From contig JACPES010000003.1 in the NCBI GenBank assembly GCA_016183365.1, positions 473,154 to 537,153 on the forward strand: 64,000 nt of DNA. Reading direction: 5' to 3'. The position numbers were made by a program, and so were the translations under genes. The first letter of the stretch is position 1. Each line of letters starts with the position of its first letter. This DNA is from Candidatus Collierbacteria bacterium. GTDB taxonomy: Bacteria > Patescibacteriota > Microgenomatia > UBA1400 > JACPES01. Positions 19,854-29,957 of this stretch are shown in pieces. Below the pieces are notes generated by a model. That model was not told the DNA's origin and made no database searches. It was given only the letters and a program-made list of their open reading frames with translations.

Positions 19854-20452
19854 TTGCCGATTTTAGCCGGCTGGAAAGCTATAACTCCGACCATATTAGG
19901 CGGCCAATATCTCAACCAGGCTTTGCCGACTATTGCGGATTTTGATATCGGCCCCCAATCTCGGGAGTCGCTGGAACCGGGGCGGTTGTCGCCCATAACT
20001 ATGTATTGGTCTTCGGGAATTATTTTTTCCACTCCTTCGGCCAGGAAACTGCTCCCGGAAAATCCGCCGCTGGTGCCTTTTACCAAATTTTCATAAGGTT
20101 CGATTATTTTATTTCCGTTAATAAATATCTGGCCTTTTTCAACTTTGATTCTTTCTCCGGGCATGGCTACGATCCGCTTTATAAAATCGCAGTTTAATCC
20201 GGTAGGGCAATTAGCTTGGGGCGGGGCGGTAAAAATGACCACGTCGCCTCTTTGGGGGTTGCGGAGTTTATATGTTAGTTTGTCGGTCAGTAAAAATTCT
20301 CCGTCGTGGAGGTTGGGATACATGGAATTGCCGTTTACTTGGTGTGGCTGGGTCACAAACAGATAAATTAAAATTGCTATGGCGGAACTGGACACGAAAA
20401 ATTCTATGATATCAAAAAACCCGGCTAATATTTTTTTCATCCTTAACTGCAT
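19850..20452 (-). CDS. lepB: Signal peptidase I
   Basis: GNSMYPNL, FIKRIVA, GDNRPGSSDSRDWG. Confidence 0.95.
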   Translation of the reverse strand: MQLRMKKILAGFFDIIEFFVSSSAIAILIYLFVTQPHQVNGNSMYPNLHDGEFLLTDKLTYKLRNPQRGDVVIFTAPPQANCPTGLNCDFIKRIVAMPGERIKVEKGQIFINGNKIIEPYENLVKGTSGGFSGSSFLAEGVEKIIPEDQYIVMGDNRPGSSDSRDWGPISKSAIVGKAWLRYWPPNMVGVIAFQPAKIGN

Positions 20453-20498
20453 TATAATGAAAATTTTGAGTAATTAGCAATGGTAGAATTAGGCAGTT

Positions 20499-20570
20499 GG
20501 ACCCGTAGCGCAGTGGTAGCGCGTTCGGTTCACATCCGAAAGGTCAGAGGTTCGATCCCTCTCGGGTCCA
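20499..20570 (+). tRNA. tRNA-Val(CAC)
   Basis: Cloverleaf GGACCCG...CGGGTCC-A; anticodon arm TTCGG-TTCACAT-CCGAA; GGTTCGAT T-loop. Confidence 0.93.
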
Positions 20571-20863
20571 CAAATCGCATTATGGTTAATACTACAACCG
20601 ATCCGCAAAATAAGGTTTTTGATATCGTCAATGAAAAAGACGAAGTTAATAGATAATTCTTCATTTGCGGATGCCGATCGGCAGCGCGAAATGAAAGCTG
20701 TTTGCAGATTTGGGATAGGTAGAATACAATACTTTAGTATGAAAATAAAAATAAAGAAAATCTTAGGTACAGGTCTTTCCGGAGGGGGGAAGAAGAAATT
20801 ATATATGATAAATTTTTAGTCTTTGTTCACTATATCATAAATTCTCCAGTTAGATAATTTAAT

Positions 20864-21598
20864 TTGAATATGGAAATTTGTACCAGGGTTGCGTGTTATC
20901 TTGAAGGAAAAGGCCGGTTGGTGAGTTTTCCTCTCGTGACTTTGGCCGGATTGTCCGATGGTATCAACCCCTGCGCCATCGGGATGATGATTATGCTGCT
21001 GGGGTACTTGGTGGTTTTCCACCGCAAAGAAAAAAAGCAGTTGTTGGTTATCGGTTTGGCTTATATCCTGACGGTCTTCATAACTTATTTAGTTATAGGC
21101 CTCGGGTTTTACCGTTTTGTGTCGGAAATTAATTTATGGGCTACCAAATCGATTCTGAATAAAATATTTGGAAGTTTAATGGTGTTGGCGGGAGCAGTTC
21201 AAATAAAAGACGTATTTTGGCCTGATAGCCCGTTACATTTACGGATTCCGGTTGCGGCCAAAGAAAAATTGCAGGGGCTTATCCGAAAGGCGTCGTTTCC
21301 GGCCACAATTCTTCTGGCTTTTTTGGTGACGCTTTTGGAAACCCCTTGCTCTTTGCCGCTTTACGTTGGGACGGCTAATATTTTGTCTCAATCCGGTTTG
21401 CCCTTAATCGGAGTTGTAGCTTATTTCCTGTACTACAATTTTTTGTTTGTTTTGCCGTTGATTATCATTTTGGGATTGATTCTATTTGGCTACAATTTAA
21501 CTTCAATGAAGGAATGGGAACACAAGGCCGAGAAGTGGATGAAATTAATAATGGGGTTGTTGTTGGTTGGTATGGGTGTGTGGTTGGCAATAAGCTAA
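20864..21598 (+). CDS. CcdA/DsbD-like multi-pass membrane protein
   Basis: Paired DGINPCA and ETPCSLPLY motifs, multiple TM helices. Confidence 0.75.
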   Translation: MNMEICTRVACYLEGKGRLVSFPLVTLAGLSDGINPCAIGMMIMLLGYLVVFHRKEKKQLLVIGLAYILTVFITYLVIGLGFYRFVSEINLWATKSILNKIFGSLMVLAGAVQIKDVFWPDSPLHLRIPVAAKEKLQGLIRKASFPATILLAFLVTLLETPCSLPLYVGTANILSQSGLPLIGVVAYFLYYNFLFVLPLIIILGLILFGYNLTSMKEWEHKAEKWMKLIMGLLLVGMGVWLAIS

Positions 21599-24168
21599 CG
21601 CATTATTTCCAGGGCTTCTTCGAAATAAAGCCGGGCGGAAACGTAATTAATGTAGGAAGCCGATTTCGGAGTGCCCGACATACTTGCTTCCAAAATGTCA
21701 TTTTGACCGGCTTGAGCCGCTTGAGCGGCTATGGACAAACCTCTGGTGGCGGTAGCAGCTTTTTGGTCGGTTTTGGTTTGGGCTTTGGCGGTTAAATTGG
21801 CTAAATCTGAAATTTGTCTTGAGGAATAATTTTTTGAGGCCCTGGCAAAAACTATACTGAAAGCGGATTGTAAGCTCTCAATGGAATCGGACGTCAGCCG
21901 CCTGATTTTAATCGCGTCGGCCGAGCCAAATTGTAAATCTATATCGCCGTTGTTGATGTCGCGGCGCAGCCGGTGAAGCTTGAGTATTGCCTCATGGATA
22001 AATTGTAGCGATGCAGAAGGATTGGAAATATTCTGTTTGGCTGATTGGATTATTTTTTTAATGTCTTGATTTTGGACAGACAAAAGATTTTTAGTTCTTG
22101 ATTGGCCGGAGACGGCGGAAATTTTTGCGGCAGTCTCATCGGCTAAATTGACTGCTTGGCTTAAGTAAGTTTCACCGGTTGAATCTGTAACTGGTGTCAA
22201 ATTGTTAGGGTGGGAAGGATTAAGATTGAAATTCAAAGTTTGGATGTTGTTTTTTGTAATTGCACCGGTATATGTATAAATAGTATCTCCGTTAGGATGG
22301 AATTGAAGAATGTCCAAATGGTAGGCCCCGTTTCCGGTCCCGGTCAGGGTAGCGGTAGCGGTGCCGCTGACAACATTTTCAATAATTATTAGTCCATCAT
22401 TGTCAGAATCCAAGTAATTGGTTCCGTTAAAGGTAACCGAAATGTTAACCGGAGAACGCAAAAAGAATACAGCCAGCCCATTGTTGTTTTCCAGATTATT
22501 TGAAGTGATAGCGGTGGTGGCGGATGAGCCTAACGATTGCAGAATTTGATTAATTCCGGCTGTGCTGGTGACTAAACCCAGATGGTCGGCGGTGACTTCG
22601 GGAACAGACGATGCTTGGTCGTAGCGGCCGCTTGAACGTAAGACGGTTAAGTCGCCAGCGGAGGATCTGATAAACTGCTTTGGTTTACCGTCTTCCCATA
22701 GGTCAAGAGCTTGATCTATCCAATTTCTGGGGGTTATTTTTATTGACGAAAGAGTGTCGGAAGATGAATTCTCTAATCCGGTCATTGTCGTCAATAGCGA
22801 TTTTATTGATGAAAGTCCTGCGTATTGTCCAGGCAGTTGCGGATTACGTTGCAACATTGTGGACTCTGGAATGGTTTGATTCGACTGATTTACCAGATAA
22901 TCAAAGGTGGGTAGGATTTCTTTAACGGCTTTAAAGTCGTTCCTGATTACGTCTTTGGAAGTTAGGAACAATCCGGCTCTGGCATTTAATAATATTTGCA
23001 AGGGAATTCTTTCCGCTGCCGGAAAATCCCAGATTTCTCCGCCCTCCCAAGCGCCGTAAGCCATAGCCGCTCCCTTATGCGGGGAACCGACAGTAATCAA
23101 TTTGGAAACTTTAGCGGAATTATCTTGAGCGTATTTTGAAGATATTAAACCGCCATAGCTATGGCCGACGAGCCTGACTTTGGTGCCGGCGGGCTTACCG
23201 GAAAGGACAGTACTATTTATATATATATTTAGTTGGCCTGCCAGATCGGTGATTTGCTTCCGCCAATCGTAATACCAGATAAAGACGTCGTCGTCGGGGA
23301 TATCTGGGGCGTTGATGATTGATGAGACTAATAAGTCATAGGGATCTAATGATTTGGGCAATGCGGTCCAGTTTGTCGGACAATCCGTGCCGTTGATGAT
23401 AGCGTCTTTGCACCAACTCCCCATCATTCCCGGCAGAATCACGACTGGCCCTGATGCAGGTTCGATACTCGAGACCACGACGTTGTCAAAGTAGACTTCT
23501 GTGTGTGGATCACCGCCAACACCTGCTCTTAGCGCGATTTTTCCTATGTTAAATCCCTTTTGTGCTTGTGGGATGTCTAATACTAAATTACTGTCAATGT
23601 ACACAGAAATGTGATCATTATCAGCAATCATTTTTAAGTGGTATGTATTTCCATTTGTGACTGGGTAAATTGTACTATTTCCACAAGGTGAAAAACACAC
23701 TCCTTCTAGTACTACATTCGAATTGTTAGAACCAACTTGGAAGTGCAATCCGTACCAATTGAAATTAGGTGAACCGCTATACCTGAAAGCCGTATTCTTG
23801 TCTGTACCAGAATTTGGAGGAAGTATCATATCAACTTCATAAATGTAATTGTTCCATCCACCCCAGACTGAATCTTTTGGGGTAAACTCTGTTTGACAAG
23901 GAGAGGGGCCGTAGATGTTAATTCCTATGTGCCCCGAGTCTAAAGTCCAATTCCCATTGCAACTATTTCTTGGAATTTCCCATCGAGTTAATACAGAATT
24001 TAAATCTGGGTCACTAAAATCATCTCGAAATAAGACAACAGCATAAGCATTTTTAGGATCATTTAAAAACATCACGATGAAAGTTATTGAAGTAAGGAGA
24101 ATAAATCTGAAGGTTCGCATTATGATAAGTATAATCTTAAACTTTTCATTATTTGTCAATAGTATCAT
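21595..24168 (-). CDS. Secreted alpha/beta hydrolase (lipase/PGAP1-like) with N-terminal ConA-like beta-sandwich domain
   Basis: Signal-like N-terminus; FRDDFS...YFDNVVV beta domain; PGMMGS, YDWR, VGHSYGG nucleophile elbow, GSPHKG. Confidence 0.8.
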   Translation of the reverse strand: MILLTNNEKFKIILIIMRTFRFILLTSITFIVMFLNDPKNAYAVVLFRDDFSDPDLNSVLTRWEIPRNSCNGNWTLDSGHIGINIYGPSPCQTEFTPKDSVWGGWNNYIYEVDMILPPNSGTDKNTAFRYSGSPNFNWYGLHFQVGSNNSNVVLEGVCFSPCGNSTIYPVTNGNTYHLKMIADNDHISVYIDSNLVLDIPQAQKGFNIGKIALRAGVGGDPHTEVYFDNVVVSSIEPASGPVVILPGMMGSWCKDAIINGTDCPTNWTALPKSLDPYDLLVSSIINAPDIPDDDVFIWYYDWRKQITDLAGQLNIYINSTVLSGKPAGTKVRLVGHSYGGLISSKYAQDNSAKVSKLITVGSPHKGAAMAYGAWEGGEIWDFPAAERIPLQILLNARAGLFLTSKDVIRNDFKAVKEILPTFDYLVNQSNQTIPESTMLQRNPQLPGQYAGLSSIKSLLTTMTGLENSSSDTLSSIKITPRNWIDQALDLWEDGKPKQFIRSSAGDLTVLRSSGRYDQASSVPEVTADHLGLVTSTAGINQILQSLGSSATTAITSNNLENNNGLAVFFLRSPVNISVTFNGTNYLDSDNDGLIIIENVVSGTATATLTGTGNGAYHLDILQFHPNGDTIYTYTGAITKNNIQTLNFNLNPSHPNNLTPVTDSTGETYLSQAVNLADETAAKISAVSGQSRTKNLLSVQNQDIKKIIQSAKQNISNPSASLQFIHEAILKLHRLRRDINNGDIDLQFGSADAIKIRRLTSDSIESLQSAFSIVFARASKNYSSRQISDLANLTAKAQTKTDQKAATATRGLSIAAQAAQAGQNDILEASMSGTPKSASYINYVSARLYFEEALEIMR

Positions 24169-24189
24169 TACAGATGATACAATGAAAAA

Positions 24190-24831
24190 ATGAAAAGAAA
24201 CCCCAATACAGCTGATTTTTGGGATGCTTTAGTGGAGAAAGTGGGATCAATCCTTCCCGAAGATTACATTACTAAAGATAGAATAAGGTTAATTACAAAT
24301 TTAATTCCAAATCTTAATATTAAGGTATTAGATATTGGAGTTGGATACGGTTTTTTAGAGAAAGAGCTGGTAAAATCTAATGTTTCAGTTTACGGAATAG
24401 ATATTTCTTTCAACTCTATATTTAGAGCAAAGAGTTTACATAAAGGAATCTTTATTGTTGCATCAGCTAAAGCAATCCCATTCCAAGATAATTTTTTTGA
24501 CGTTGTATGTCTTCCAGAAGTTCTAGAACATTTATATGATTTTGAGTCTACTTTTGTAATGAAGGAAATTAGTAGGATATTGAAGAAGGACGGTAGATTG
24601 ATTATTTCCGTTCCACTATACGATGAAGTTTATTTAGGTCATCCAAGCGGTCATGTGAGGATCTTTACACCAGAGAAACTTTTTAAAGAAGTAAGCGAAC
24701 ATGGATTTACAGTAATAACAGAGAAGTATTTGTTTGCTTTTAAGTCTTTATATCTTATTAAAAGTCTCATTAACAGATTGTTGAAAATTAGGCGTGCGAA
24801 TAATTTAATTATGATGGCGAGTAAACAATGA
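24190..24831 (+). CDS. Class I SAM-dependent methyltransferase
   Basis: VLDIGVGYG, GIDIS, PFQDNFFD, EVLEH. Confidence 0.9.
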   Translation: MKRNPNTADFWDALVEKVGSILPEDYITKDRIRLITNLIPNLNIKVLDIGVGYGFLEKELVKSNVSVYGIDISFNSIFRAKSLHKGIFIVASAKAIPFQDNFFDVVCLPEVLEHLYDFESTFVMKEISRILKKDGRLIISVPLYDEVYLGHPSGHVRIFTPEKLFKEVSEHGFTVITEKYLFAFKSLYLIKSLINRLLKIRRANNLIMMASKQ

Positions 24832-25982
24832 ATATTTTGTTTTTGACGCCGAGAAATTCCAAGAAACATTTGGGGGGGGTGGAGGGGCATGTTAGATTGT
24901 TGACGGAGGAATTGGAGAGAAGGGGGCATGAGGTGAGGGAACTAAGTCTTAGTGATATAGAAGTTAAAGAAAATAAAGATAAAAGAAGATTAGGAAAAGT
25001 GGAGGAAAAGACAAACAAAATTAAAGCGTGGATATATTTATGGAAGAAGAGAGATTTATTTAGGTGGGCGGAAGTGGTGCATATTCATGATGTGTTTTGG
25101 TGGTTATTACCATTTTGGTTTTTAAACAGGCTTGGATTGTTAGACGGCAGTTTTAATTCGTTGAACAAAGTTGCCAAACGCGATACGAATGATACGAATA
25201 GGCATGCGAACGACGCGAATAAAGGCAAGATATACACTACTTTTCACGGGTGGGAGGGGGTTTGTCCGCCGACAAGATCGGCGATTTGGCAGAAAAAATT
25301 GGCGCAGAAGTTGAGTCGGGGGACGATTGGAGTGGGGAGATTTTTTAAGAAGTGGTATGGGGTGGAACAGAATAGAGCGGTATGGGGCGTGGTGGACCCG
25401 CGAATAAGTAAGTTGTGTAAATGCCCGACCTTGCCGCGGCAAGGTCGGGCATTTGCTTTCTTTGGGAGATTGGAGAAGGTGAATGGGGCGGAGGTAGTAG
25501 TGGAGGCAATCAGAAAAATAATAGATCATATTAAGGCCAGGCCTTTCCCGGAAAGGCCTGGCCTTTTCAGATATTTTTTTGTCGGGGATGGGAGTTACAG
25601 GCGTGAGGCGGAAAAATTTGGGAAAGTTACCGGAATGGTGAAGGATCCGGAGAAATATTTGGTAGATGCCGATGTGGTGATTACCAGCTCGTATATGTCA
25701 ATGTTAGAAGCGACAGCTAGGGGCAAGTCGGTTATCGCGGTTGCGAATAATGAGTTAAAAAAGGATTATCTAGACGGACATCCGTTAAGAAAATATATTA
25801 AGGTGGTAAAAAATGCAGATGAATTGATTAGAGTAATTAAAGGACTGTATAAAGGCCCGGCCCTGGATTCCCAGGGCCGGGCCTTAAAAGATTTGAGGTC
25901 TGCTTATCTTTGGGCGTTAAAGCAAACACCGGAAAAGTTAGCCGATGCCTATGAATCTTTATGGAAAATTCCAATTAATTAA
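24828..25982 (+). CDS. Glycosyltransferase family 4 with several repeat insertions
   Basis: GGVEGHV, HIHD, FFGRLEKVNG, VGDG, LEA motif. Confidence 0.85.
   Translation: MNILFLTPRNSKKHLGGVEGHVRLLTEELERRGHEVRELSLSDIEVKENKDKRRLGKVEEKTNKIKAWIYLWKKRDLFRWAEVVHIHDVFWWLLPFWFLNRLGLLDGSFNSLNKVAKRDTNDTNRHANDANKGKIYTTFHGWEGVCPPTRSAIWQKKLAQKLSRGTIGVGRFFKKWYGVEQNRAVWGVVDPRISKLCKCPTLPRQGRAFAFFGRLEKVNGAEVVVEAIRKIIDHIKARPFPERPGLFRYFFVGDGSYRREAEKFGKVTGMVKDPEKYLVDADVVITSSYMSMLEATARGKSVIAVANNELKKDYLDGHPLRKYIKVVKNADELIRVIKGLYKGPALDSQGRALKDLRSAYLWALKQTPEKLADAYESLWKIPIN
25419..25454. repeat. Family B perfect 36-nt palindrome, in-frame
   Basis: AAATGCCCGACCTTGCCG|CGGCAAGGTCGGGCATTT. Confidence 0.85.
25533..25565. 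repeat. Family B palindrome, in-frame
   Basis: AAGGCCAGGCCTTTCC-C-GGAAAGGCCTGGCCTT. Confidence 0.85.
25852..25885. repeat. Family B palindrome, in-frame
   Basis: AAGGCCCGGCCCTGG-ATTC-CCAGGGCCGGGCCTT. Confidence 0.85.
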
Positions 25983-26004
25983 TTGATTAATTAATTGGAA
26001 TTTT
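25965..26004. repeat. AT-rich palindrome at a gene junction
   Basis: AAAATTCCAATTAATTAAT-TG-ATTAATTAATTGGAATTTT, includes the GT4 stop codon. Confidence 0.7.
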
Positions 26005-26011
26005 TGTAATT

Positions 26012-26902
26012 ATGTTAATTAATAATATTTCAATTAGCGTGGTTGTTACGGTAAAAAATGATGAAGCTGGGGTAAAAAGGCTGCTTGAAGATTTGGATAA
26101 GCAAACGGTAAAGCCGGATGAGGTTATTATTGTTAGGTCAGAGGATTACGGTAATTGTACACGTGGTAGGGGCAGAAATATCGGGATCAGGATGGCGAGA
26201 AATGAATTTATCGCGGTGACTGACGCGGGGTGCAGGCCGAGGAGAGATTGGGTGGAGAGAATAACTGCTGGACTGTATAAAGGCCAGGCCTTCGAGTACA
26301 AAGGCCAGGCCTTATTTGTAGTGGCGGGATGGTATCGAGCGGTGGCAGAAACGCCTTGGCAAAAGGTTTTTTTGCCGTATTTAGTGCCGACAATCAAGAA
26401 GGATAAGAAGGAAAAGAGAGGGAAAGGTAAAACATTCTTACCGGCCAGCCGGTCGATTGCTTTTACCAAAAAAGCCTGGGAATTGGTCGGAGGCTATCCG
26501 GAAGAGCCGGTTTCCGGCGGAGAAGATTTGAAATTTGCCGATAAACTCTGCAATCATACCGGGATTAATATAATTTATTCGCCAAAAGCTGTAGTTGATT
26601 GGCCGGTACCGTCGACTTTAACGGAATTTATTAAAGATATGGTTAAACATACCAGGGGGAATTTTGAGGCCGGATATTGGCCGCATATCGTTCGAAATTT
26701 AAATGTGGTAGCAAGGTGGATGATAATGGTGATTTGGCCGTGGTTGATACCGGTGTATTTGATATGGGGGATTACCCGTCTTCATCAAAAAACGGCGAAG
26801 CGATGGCGGATTAGGGACATTGCGATTAGGGTGGTGGCCGACGCGGCGGTATTTTACGGAACGATAATCGGTATAATTGATGGGTGGGTTATAAGAAAAT
26901 AG
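26012..26902 (+). CDS. Glycosyltransferase family 2
   Basis: ISVVVTVKN, GRNIGI, TDAG, GGYPE...GED. Confidence 0.88.
   Translation: MLINNISISVVVTVKNDEAGVKRLLEDLDKQTVKPDEVIIVRSEDYGNCTRGRGRNIGIRMARNEFIAVTDAGCRPRRDWVERITAGLYKGQAFEYKGQALFVVAGWYRAVAETPWQKVFLPYLVPTIKKDKKEKRGKGKTFLPASRSIAFTKKAWELVGGYPEEPVSGGEDLKFADKLCNHTGINIIYSPKAVVDWPVPSTLTEFIKDMVKHTRGNFEAGYWPHIVRNLNVVARWMIMVIWPWLIPVYLIWGITRLHQKTAKRWRIRDIAIRVVADAAVFYGTIIGIIDGWVIRK
26280..26313. repeat. Family B element in GT2
   Basis: AAGGCCAGGCCTTCGAGTACAAAGGCCAGGCCTT, one mismatch from the gatB copy at 41415. Confidence 0.85.
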
Positions 26903-28092
26903 CGATTACGGGCTTCGGGTGGATGACGGCTTTGCGGATTGCCGGCCGCGGAGTGACCATTGCCAAAACCGCGATTTTAGCCAGAATATTATCTCCGGTT
27001 GATTTCGGGCAATTCGGGGCGGCGGCCTTGAGCTTGTCGTTATTTGAAGTTTTGACCGAAACCGGAGTAAATCAGGCCTTAATTTATTCCTACAAAAAGA
27101 CCGAAGAATTGGTTAATTCGGCTTGGACTGTAGCCATAATCAGAGGGGCGACTATTTCGATCCTGATCGCGTTGTCAGCCTGGCCGGTATCGATATTTTT
27201 CTCCGACAACAATTTAATTAAATTAATTCTACTTCTGGCTCTGGTGCCGTTAATTAAAGGATTTATTAACCCGATGGTGGTCGTATTTGTTAAAGAACTG
27301 CAGTTTGAAAAAGAAGCCATGTTCAGATTTAGCCTGTTGATAATTGAGGGATTGACGGCCGTAATTTCTGCCGTTTTCTTAAAGTCGGCCATGGCTTTCG
27401 CCTTGGCGATGATAATAGCCGGAGCGGCAGAAGTAATTCTTTCGTTTATATATTTTAAAATCAGACCGCGGTTGTCGTTTAGTCGCCAATATTTATCTGA
27501 AATTATGAATTACGGGAAATGGATAACATTGTCGGGAATCGCTTATTGGTTTTCAGCGGAATTAGACGATTTTGTGGCCGGAAAATCTTTCGGGATGAAG
27601 ACATTGGGGATATATCAGGCGGCCTATAAAATTTCGACCCTGCCTGTCACGGAAATAGCTGGATCGGTCAATCAGGTTTCATTTCCGGTGATGTCTAAAT
27701 TAAGAGACGAGAAACAAAAGTTTTGGAAAATTTTTATGGGAAGCATCGGGGTGATCGGGGTGATCGGGGTGATCGGGGGATTGGTTTTATGGATATGGCC
27801 CAGAGAGGTGGTTTTAATTTTATTGGGAGATAAGTGGTTAGGAGCGGTGCCATTAATCAGGATTTTGGCGGTATTTGGTTTGGTCAGATCGATTGAGTCA
27901 GGGATACAACCGGTATTTTTGGCTACAGGTAGGCCAAAAGTAGCCACAATCGGAAATTTAATAAAAGTCGTTACCCTTATTTTCGGACTGTGGCTTTTGG
28001 CTCCGTTGGGAATAGAAGGAATAGCTTGGGCGGCGCTGTTGAGCGGATTGTCGGTAATTCCCTACTATTGGTGGAAATTTAGGGAGATATGA
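26884..28092 (+). CDS. Oligosaccharide flippase (Wzx/PST family)
   Basis: LARILSPVDFG, LGIYQAAY, LLGDKW, many TM helices. Confidence 0.9.
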   Translation: MGYKKIAITGFGWMTALRIAGRGVTIAKTAILARILSPVDFGQFGAAALSLSLFEVLTETGVNQALIYSYKKTEELVNSAWTVAIIRGATISILIALSAWPVSIFFSDNNLIKLILLLALVPLIKGFINPMVVVFVKELQFEKEAMFRFSLLIIEGLTAVISAVFLKSAMAFALAMIIAGAAEVILSFIYFKIRPRLSFSRQYLSEIMNYGKWITLSGIAYWFSAELDDFVAGKSFGMKTLGIYQAAYKISTLPVTEIAGSVNQVSFPVMSKLRDEKQKFWKIFMGSIGVIGVIGVIGGLVLWIWPREVVLILLGDKWLGAVPLIRILAVFGLVRSIESGIQPVFLATGRPKVATIGNLIKVVTLIFGLWLLAPLGIEGIAWAALLSGLSVIPYYWWKFREI

Positions 28093-29957
28093 GGGTTCTA
28101 TTTTTGTCTCCGGTGCATCCGCTGTTAACTCCGGGAAATCCTTTGCCAAAGTGGCAGATGCAAATGAGTTGGGTTAGAGGTTTAGAGAAGGCAGGGGCGG
28201 AGATAAAAGTGGTCAAGTATACGCCAGGGGACGGGGTTAGGCTTAATTGGGCTGATCGGGTTTGGTGGAATTTGAGGGTGATTAGCGAGATTCAAAAAGC
28301 TAGATTGCCATGGTTCGCTAAGGGCGGGCCTAGCAATGACAGGGGAAAATTTAACTTGATTGTTTATTCGCTGGGGGCAGATGTGCTGTTGCCGCAGACG
28401 GTAAAGTTAATTAAATGGTTGACGGGAACGCCATTGGTGATTTTGTCAGGAGTATCACCTATTCTCAACGGTAATCCGCGGGAAAAGGCTACCGCGAAAT
28501 TGGTGGATTTGGCGGCGGTGAATGACGAAAATCATGCCGAAGAATGGATAAAATTAGGGGCTAAAAAAGCAGTGATTCTGCCGATTTCAGCGATGGATCC
28601 GGAATTGCATTGGAATAGAGGCAAGGAGGATCAGGGGGATAAGAAAGATATTGACGTTTTATTTGTTGGGACTTTGACGGAAGAGCGGAAAAGATTTCTA
28701 AACAATTTACGAAAATTGTTGCCGAAATCGATTAATTTATTGATTAAAGAGTTTGGGTGGGAAGAGGAATACGCTGGATTGATGAGCCGGGCCAAAATTG
28801 CGCTTAATCCGATAAGGTCGGAAATGGCGGGAGGGGCTAATTTAAGAATGTTTGAAATTCCGGCGTTTGGGGCTTTGGAATTGGCGAGTAACGGGAAAAA
28901 GGAATGGTTAATGCCGGGAAAGGAAATGCTGGTGTATAAGGATGCGGAAGAGGCGGTGGGGTTGATTGCTAAATATTTAAAAGATGATAAAAGACGGTTA
29001 GAGATGATAAATAGAGGGATGAGAAGAGTAAAAAGAGAACATACATTTAAGGAGAGAGCAGAAAAGTTGATGGAGTTTATCAAGATGGACTTTAATAGGG
29101 CCTTGCCTTCTGGTACAAAGGCCAGGCTTTTAGTTGATGTGTCAGTTTGTATTGTTAATTATAAAGCAGATAAGGAATTAGAGCGGTGTTTGGCGTCGAT
29201 TTCTCAATTTACCAAAGGAATAAATTTTGAAGTAATCGTGATTGATAATTCGTCAGACAATAGGTGGTATTCAGGTGGGAACAATCTGGCATTAGCGCGG
29301 GCAAAAGGAAGATATGTTTTATTTTTAAATCCGGATTGTTATTTAACTGAAAACGCTTTGGCAAAAATGGTTGGGTGGATGGATAAACATCCCGAGGTTG
29401 GAACTGGTGAGCCGAGGCAGGTTTATGACGATGGTGAAATCGCGCCGACAGGTTCACTTTTGCCGGTATGGTGGGTGGATTTAGTGGAATTAACCGAGTT
29501 AAGCCGGTGGTTCGGGAGCGTGGGGAGAAAGGGCAGGTTGGGTAGACTTGGTAAAATCAGTGAGGTTAGGCAAGAGAATTTAGACAGGCGGAAGAATTGG
29601 CAGACGGAGGTAGTCTCCGGGGCGGCAATGATTGTCAGAAAGAGGATTTTGGACGAGATCGGCGGTTTTGATGAGAAACTTAAACTTTATTACACTGATG
29701 TTGATTTGTGCAGGCGGATTTTGGTGGCGGATTATCAGGTTTGGCATGTGGGGGAGTTTAAACTTGGCCATTCCACCGGAAGAAGCACAGATAAAATAAA
29801 ATGGGATGATCTGTATGATATTTATGCCGGGGATGGGGGAAATTACTATTCTAAATGGGGGAAAGAGTTTGGTGGAAAAATATTATTTTGTGGGATGAAG
29901 GTGAATAAAGCAATATTAAGAATAGGGCATGCGTTGATGACAAAGAAAGTGTTATGA
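28089..29957 (+). CDS. Two-domain glycosyltransferase (CgeB-like GT-B domain plus GT2 domain)
   Basis: DIDVLFVG...ANLRMFEIPAFG...HTFKER followed by DVSVCIVNY...LNPD...SGAAM...YYTDVD. Confidence 0.85.
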   Translation: MRVLFLSPVHPLLTPGNPLPKWQMQMSWVRGLEKAGAEIKVVKYTPGDGVRLNWADRVWWNLRVISEIQKARLPWFAKGGPSNDRGKFNLIVYSLGADVLLPQTVKLIKWLTGTPLVILSGVSPILNGNPREKATAKLVDLAAVNDENHAEEWIKLGAKKAVILPISAMDPELHWNRGKEDQGDKKDIDVLFVGTLTEERKRFLNNLRKLLPKSINLLIKEFGWEEEYAGLMSRAKIALNPIRSEMAGGANLRMFEIPAFGALELASNGKKEWLMPGKEMLVYKDAEEAVGLIAKYLKDDKRRLEMINRGMRRVKREHTFKERAEKLMEFIKMDFNRALPSGTKARLLVDVSVCIVNYKADKELERCLASISQFTKGINFEVIVIDNSSDNRWYSGGNNLALARAKGRYVLFLNPDCYLTENALAKMVGWMDKHPEVGTGEPRQVYDDGEIAPTGSLLPVWWVDLVELTELSRWFGSVGRKGRLGRLGKISEVRQENLDRRKNWQTEVVSGAAMIVRKRILDEIGGFDEKLKLYYTDVDLCRRILVADYQVWHVGEFKLGHSTGRSTDKIKWDDLYDIYAGDGGNYYSKWGKEFGGKILFCGMKVNKAILRIGHALMTKKVL

